Origin: the human T2T-CHM13v2.0 reference genome, Homo sapiens
Length of the DNA: 64,000 nucleotides
NCBI RefSeq assembly: GCF_009914755.1
Contig: NC_060942.1
Direction: 5' to 3' (one strand)
Numbering within the stretch: the stretch's first letter is position 1; every line of letters begins with the position of its first letter. The translations under genes were made by a program, and so were the position numbers. Shown here piece after piece: positions 61,641 through 64,000 of the stretch. The notes under the pieces are model-generated. The model made no database searches. It had not been told where the DNA came from and worked only from the letters and a program-made list of their open reading frames with translations.

Positions 61641-63040
61641 TGTCTTGGGATCCTTGGGGTGTCGCTTCGCCAGCTGGAAAGCTCTGTGGCCAGTGGTGCC
61701 TTCTGCCTGAGTATTGCTCACACCCAATGGGCTCACTCTGCCCATTCAGCCTGGCAGGCTGCACTCAGCTTGTGCTACCAGCCCGAGTCCCACACCTGCC
61801 AAGGTTGAGTCAGGTGCAGAGCAGTGAGGGGTGTGTGGATGAGTGAGTGCAGGGTCCAGCCATTGTGCACAGCCAGGCACACCGGCTGCTGTGGCAGGGC
61901 AGGCAGCTCCAGGCTGTGGCACATGTGCTGGCTCTGGGTGAGGCTGCAGCTGGACCAGATGTACCTTCATGTGGCTTCTATTGTGGGCACCTGCATTTGG
62001 ATGAGGGAAACATGATGGCACCTGGAAGCTTGGAGATGTCAAGAACTACAGAGCCCCATGGAGGGTGTCACAGCCCTGGCTCGGGGAGCCCCTAGTCTGG
62101 ACTTCCCAGAAGGCCACAGCTGTTCTCTCCTTCTCATTATCCGCAACTGTGGCAAGCAGAGGGGCATGTTTAAACCCTGTTGGTGTTACAGCTGTTTCAG
62201 TCCTGCCATCTGGCAGGTCCTGAGTTCTTGTCCTGCATCCAGGAATAATGAAGTACATGGACAACAGAGGGTGAACAAGGCATAGAGAAGCTTCATTAAG
62301 TGATAGAACAGCTCTCAGGGGACCCAAAGTAGGTAGGTTCTTTCTGCAGGCAGGTCATCTGAGAAGTGTCCAGCTCCCAGCAGAGAGGAGACCCATAGTG
62401 GACAGCTCCTACCTCAGGGGAGAGGAGACCCATAGTGGACAGCTGTGTTCTGTAGGCAGGTCATCTGGACAAGCTGAGGAGACCTGAAGTGGGTAGCTCC
62501 TTCCTGCAGCTGGTACTCCCAATGTCTGTGTGAGTCTGGCTGAGTCTGGGGTTTTTATGGGCTTAGAAGGGAGGAAGTGTGTACTGACTGGTTTATGGGT
62601 GGTCATGGGCAGGCATGGGCAAAAGCACCATAAGTTCTCACTCTGGGTCACAGACTCCACCCAGAACTGGAAGTCTGATCCTGAGGCTTCTGTCCATCCC
62701 TGGCTTGAAGGTGGGGTTTCACCGGGGACCTGCCCCTTTCCACCCAGGAGACTGTCTGCCTCCTGCCATCAACATACCATCCATGGCACCCAGGCTGTTT
62801 GTGCTGAGGGGCACCTCCAGTCCTGTGCCAAACAGCCCTCAGCACCCCTTCCATCTCCTTCTTGTGCTTAGCAGTGTCCAAAGTCTGGAGGGGCCCAAAG
62901 CATCAGGAGGCTTGTGTGTTAGTGTTACTCCCAAGTGTGTGCACACCCAGCTGGGTTGCAGTAGCACCCAGACTAGGCCACAACTTTGCATTGCCCCAGA
63001 GTGGGTGCCTGGAGTAGGAAGAGGCCAGGGAGTGGGAGCA
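61641..63040 (-). mobile_element. MER52-family ERV1 LTR (partial)
   Basis: GC-rich block starting tgtcttgggatccttggggtgtcgcttcgccagctggaaa, with internal gagaggagacccatagtggacagct tandem units typical of MER52. Confidence 0.82.
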
Positions 63041-64000
63041 TGAAGGCCATGGTGCTATGTAAAGATTGAGTGGAAAAAGGCATGAACTGGAAAATGACAA
63101 ACCTAACCCCATCTCAGCCACCTGTAGGTATGACTTGGTGCACATATGTGGCCTAAGTTTCTTTTTTTCTCATGGGAAAACTGGCCAGTTGGCAAAAGGA
63201 TCTCTGAATGTATGACTCTTATCTCAAACTTATTAATATTATTTTGGACAATTAAAGATTTTTTTTCTACTGTGAATTTATTATTGTATTTTCTCTTCTG
63301 TACTATGGAGACTCCACTCATTCAGTATTAATAAACTAATAGGCATCTGACAGTCTAGCCTCTCCTCAAACTTCCTTTTCAAGTGGTAGAGTTGATCGGA
63401 CCTTGAACAAGAAAATAACAAACATGCTCCTAGAGTTCATAGAAGCATCTTGTTTATTTCCTGATTTGAGAAGGGCTGATAGAATTGCCCTCTTTCCTAA
63501 ATTTCCCAGTAAATTGCCCTCATTGTGTGTAGACTGAGTTGGACTTCTGAGTTTTCAGTTAGTGGGCATGGCAGTGCTCCTGCCTTTATGTCAGAACTCC
63601 CATTGCACTGCTCACCCCTCTTTAATTTGTTGAAGTGTTAGCAATTACCAACTGATTTGCTCACAAATGTGGCAAGCCGGCCACATCAGCCTTTATAAAA
63701 TCAGAAACCCAAATGTTGGAAACTTGTTGTTTTTCAACTTTTTTGCCTTCTTTTGCCAAACTTTGCCACTGAGATTTCTGACCACCATCTTAAATTCCGC
63801 ATGAAATTATGTAAGTAATCAGACAACCAGATAACAAATGGGAATTACGTGTCCATTAGGGAGGAAAAATTATTCAGAAAACTTTAAAAGTTATGCAATA
63901 ATGGTTTTCCTCAAGTGTTTAAGAGAACAAAAATAATAATTATATTACTCTGAAACAAATGCATTATACCATGTTTTTTTTCTCCTCAGATAATTAAATA

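Noticed and set aside
61619-63145. Dense ORFs on both strands in a GC-rich block
   Set aside because: Stop-poor MER52 LTR sequence.

Overview
AT-rich, CpG-poor hominid (human or great ape) genomic DNA, intergenic or deep intronic. Alu, L1PA, THE1 and an SVA element establish the lineage. I recognise no intact protein-coding gene. Most of the longer ORFs fall in repeats (Alu, L1 ORF2, THE1-int, SVA VNTR, MER52, ERVL pol), and the rest look like chance ORFs. The window is a layered record of transposon insertions. It holds a full-length HSMAR2 mariner with TIRs and TA duplications, split by a 5'-inverted SVA, two further twin-primed (5'-inverted) L1s within 13 kb, a complete THE1B element, a HERV-K(HML-6) LTR3 solo LTR, and a 3'-truncated ERVL-class provirus (LTR47-like 5' LTR plus gag/pol remnants) carrying two nested MaLR LTRs. 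There are also many Alu, MIR, L2, MER and MLT fragments. Signals the repeats do not explain are a ~95-bp local duplication copied into an LTR16, a collapsed inverted-Alu junction, two perfect short inverted repeats, and several candidate exons on both strands, mainly around 39.4-44.4 kb. I found no convincing new biological system. Family and subfamily names come from recalled consensus sequences, not from a database search.
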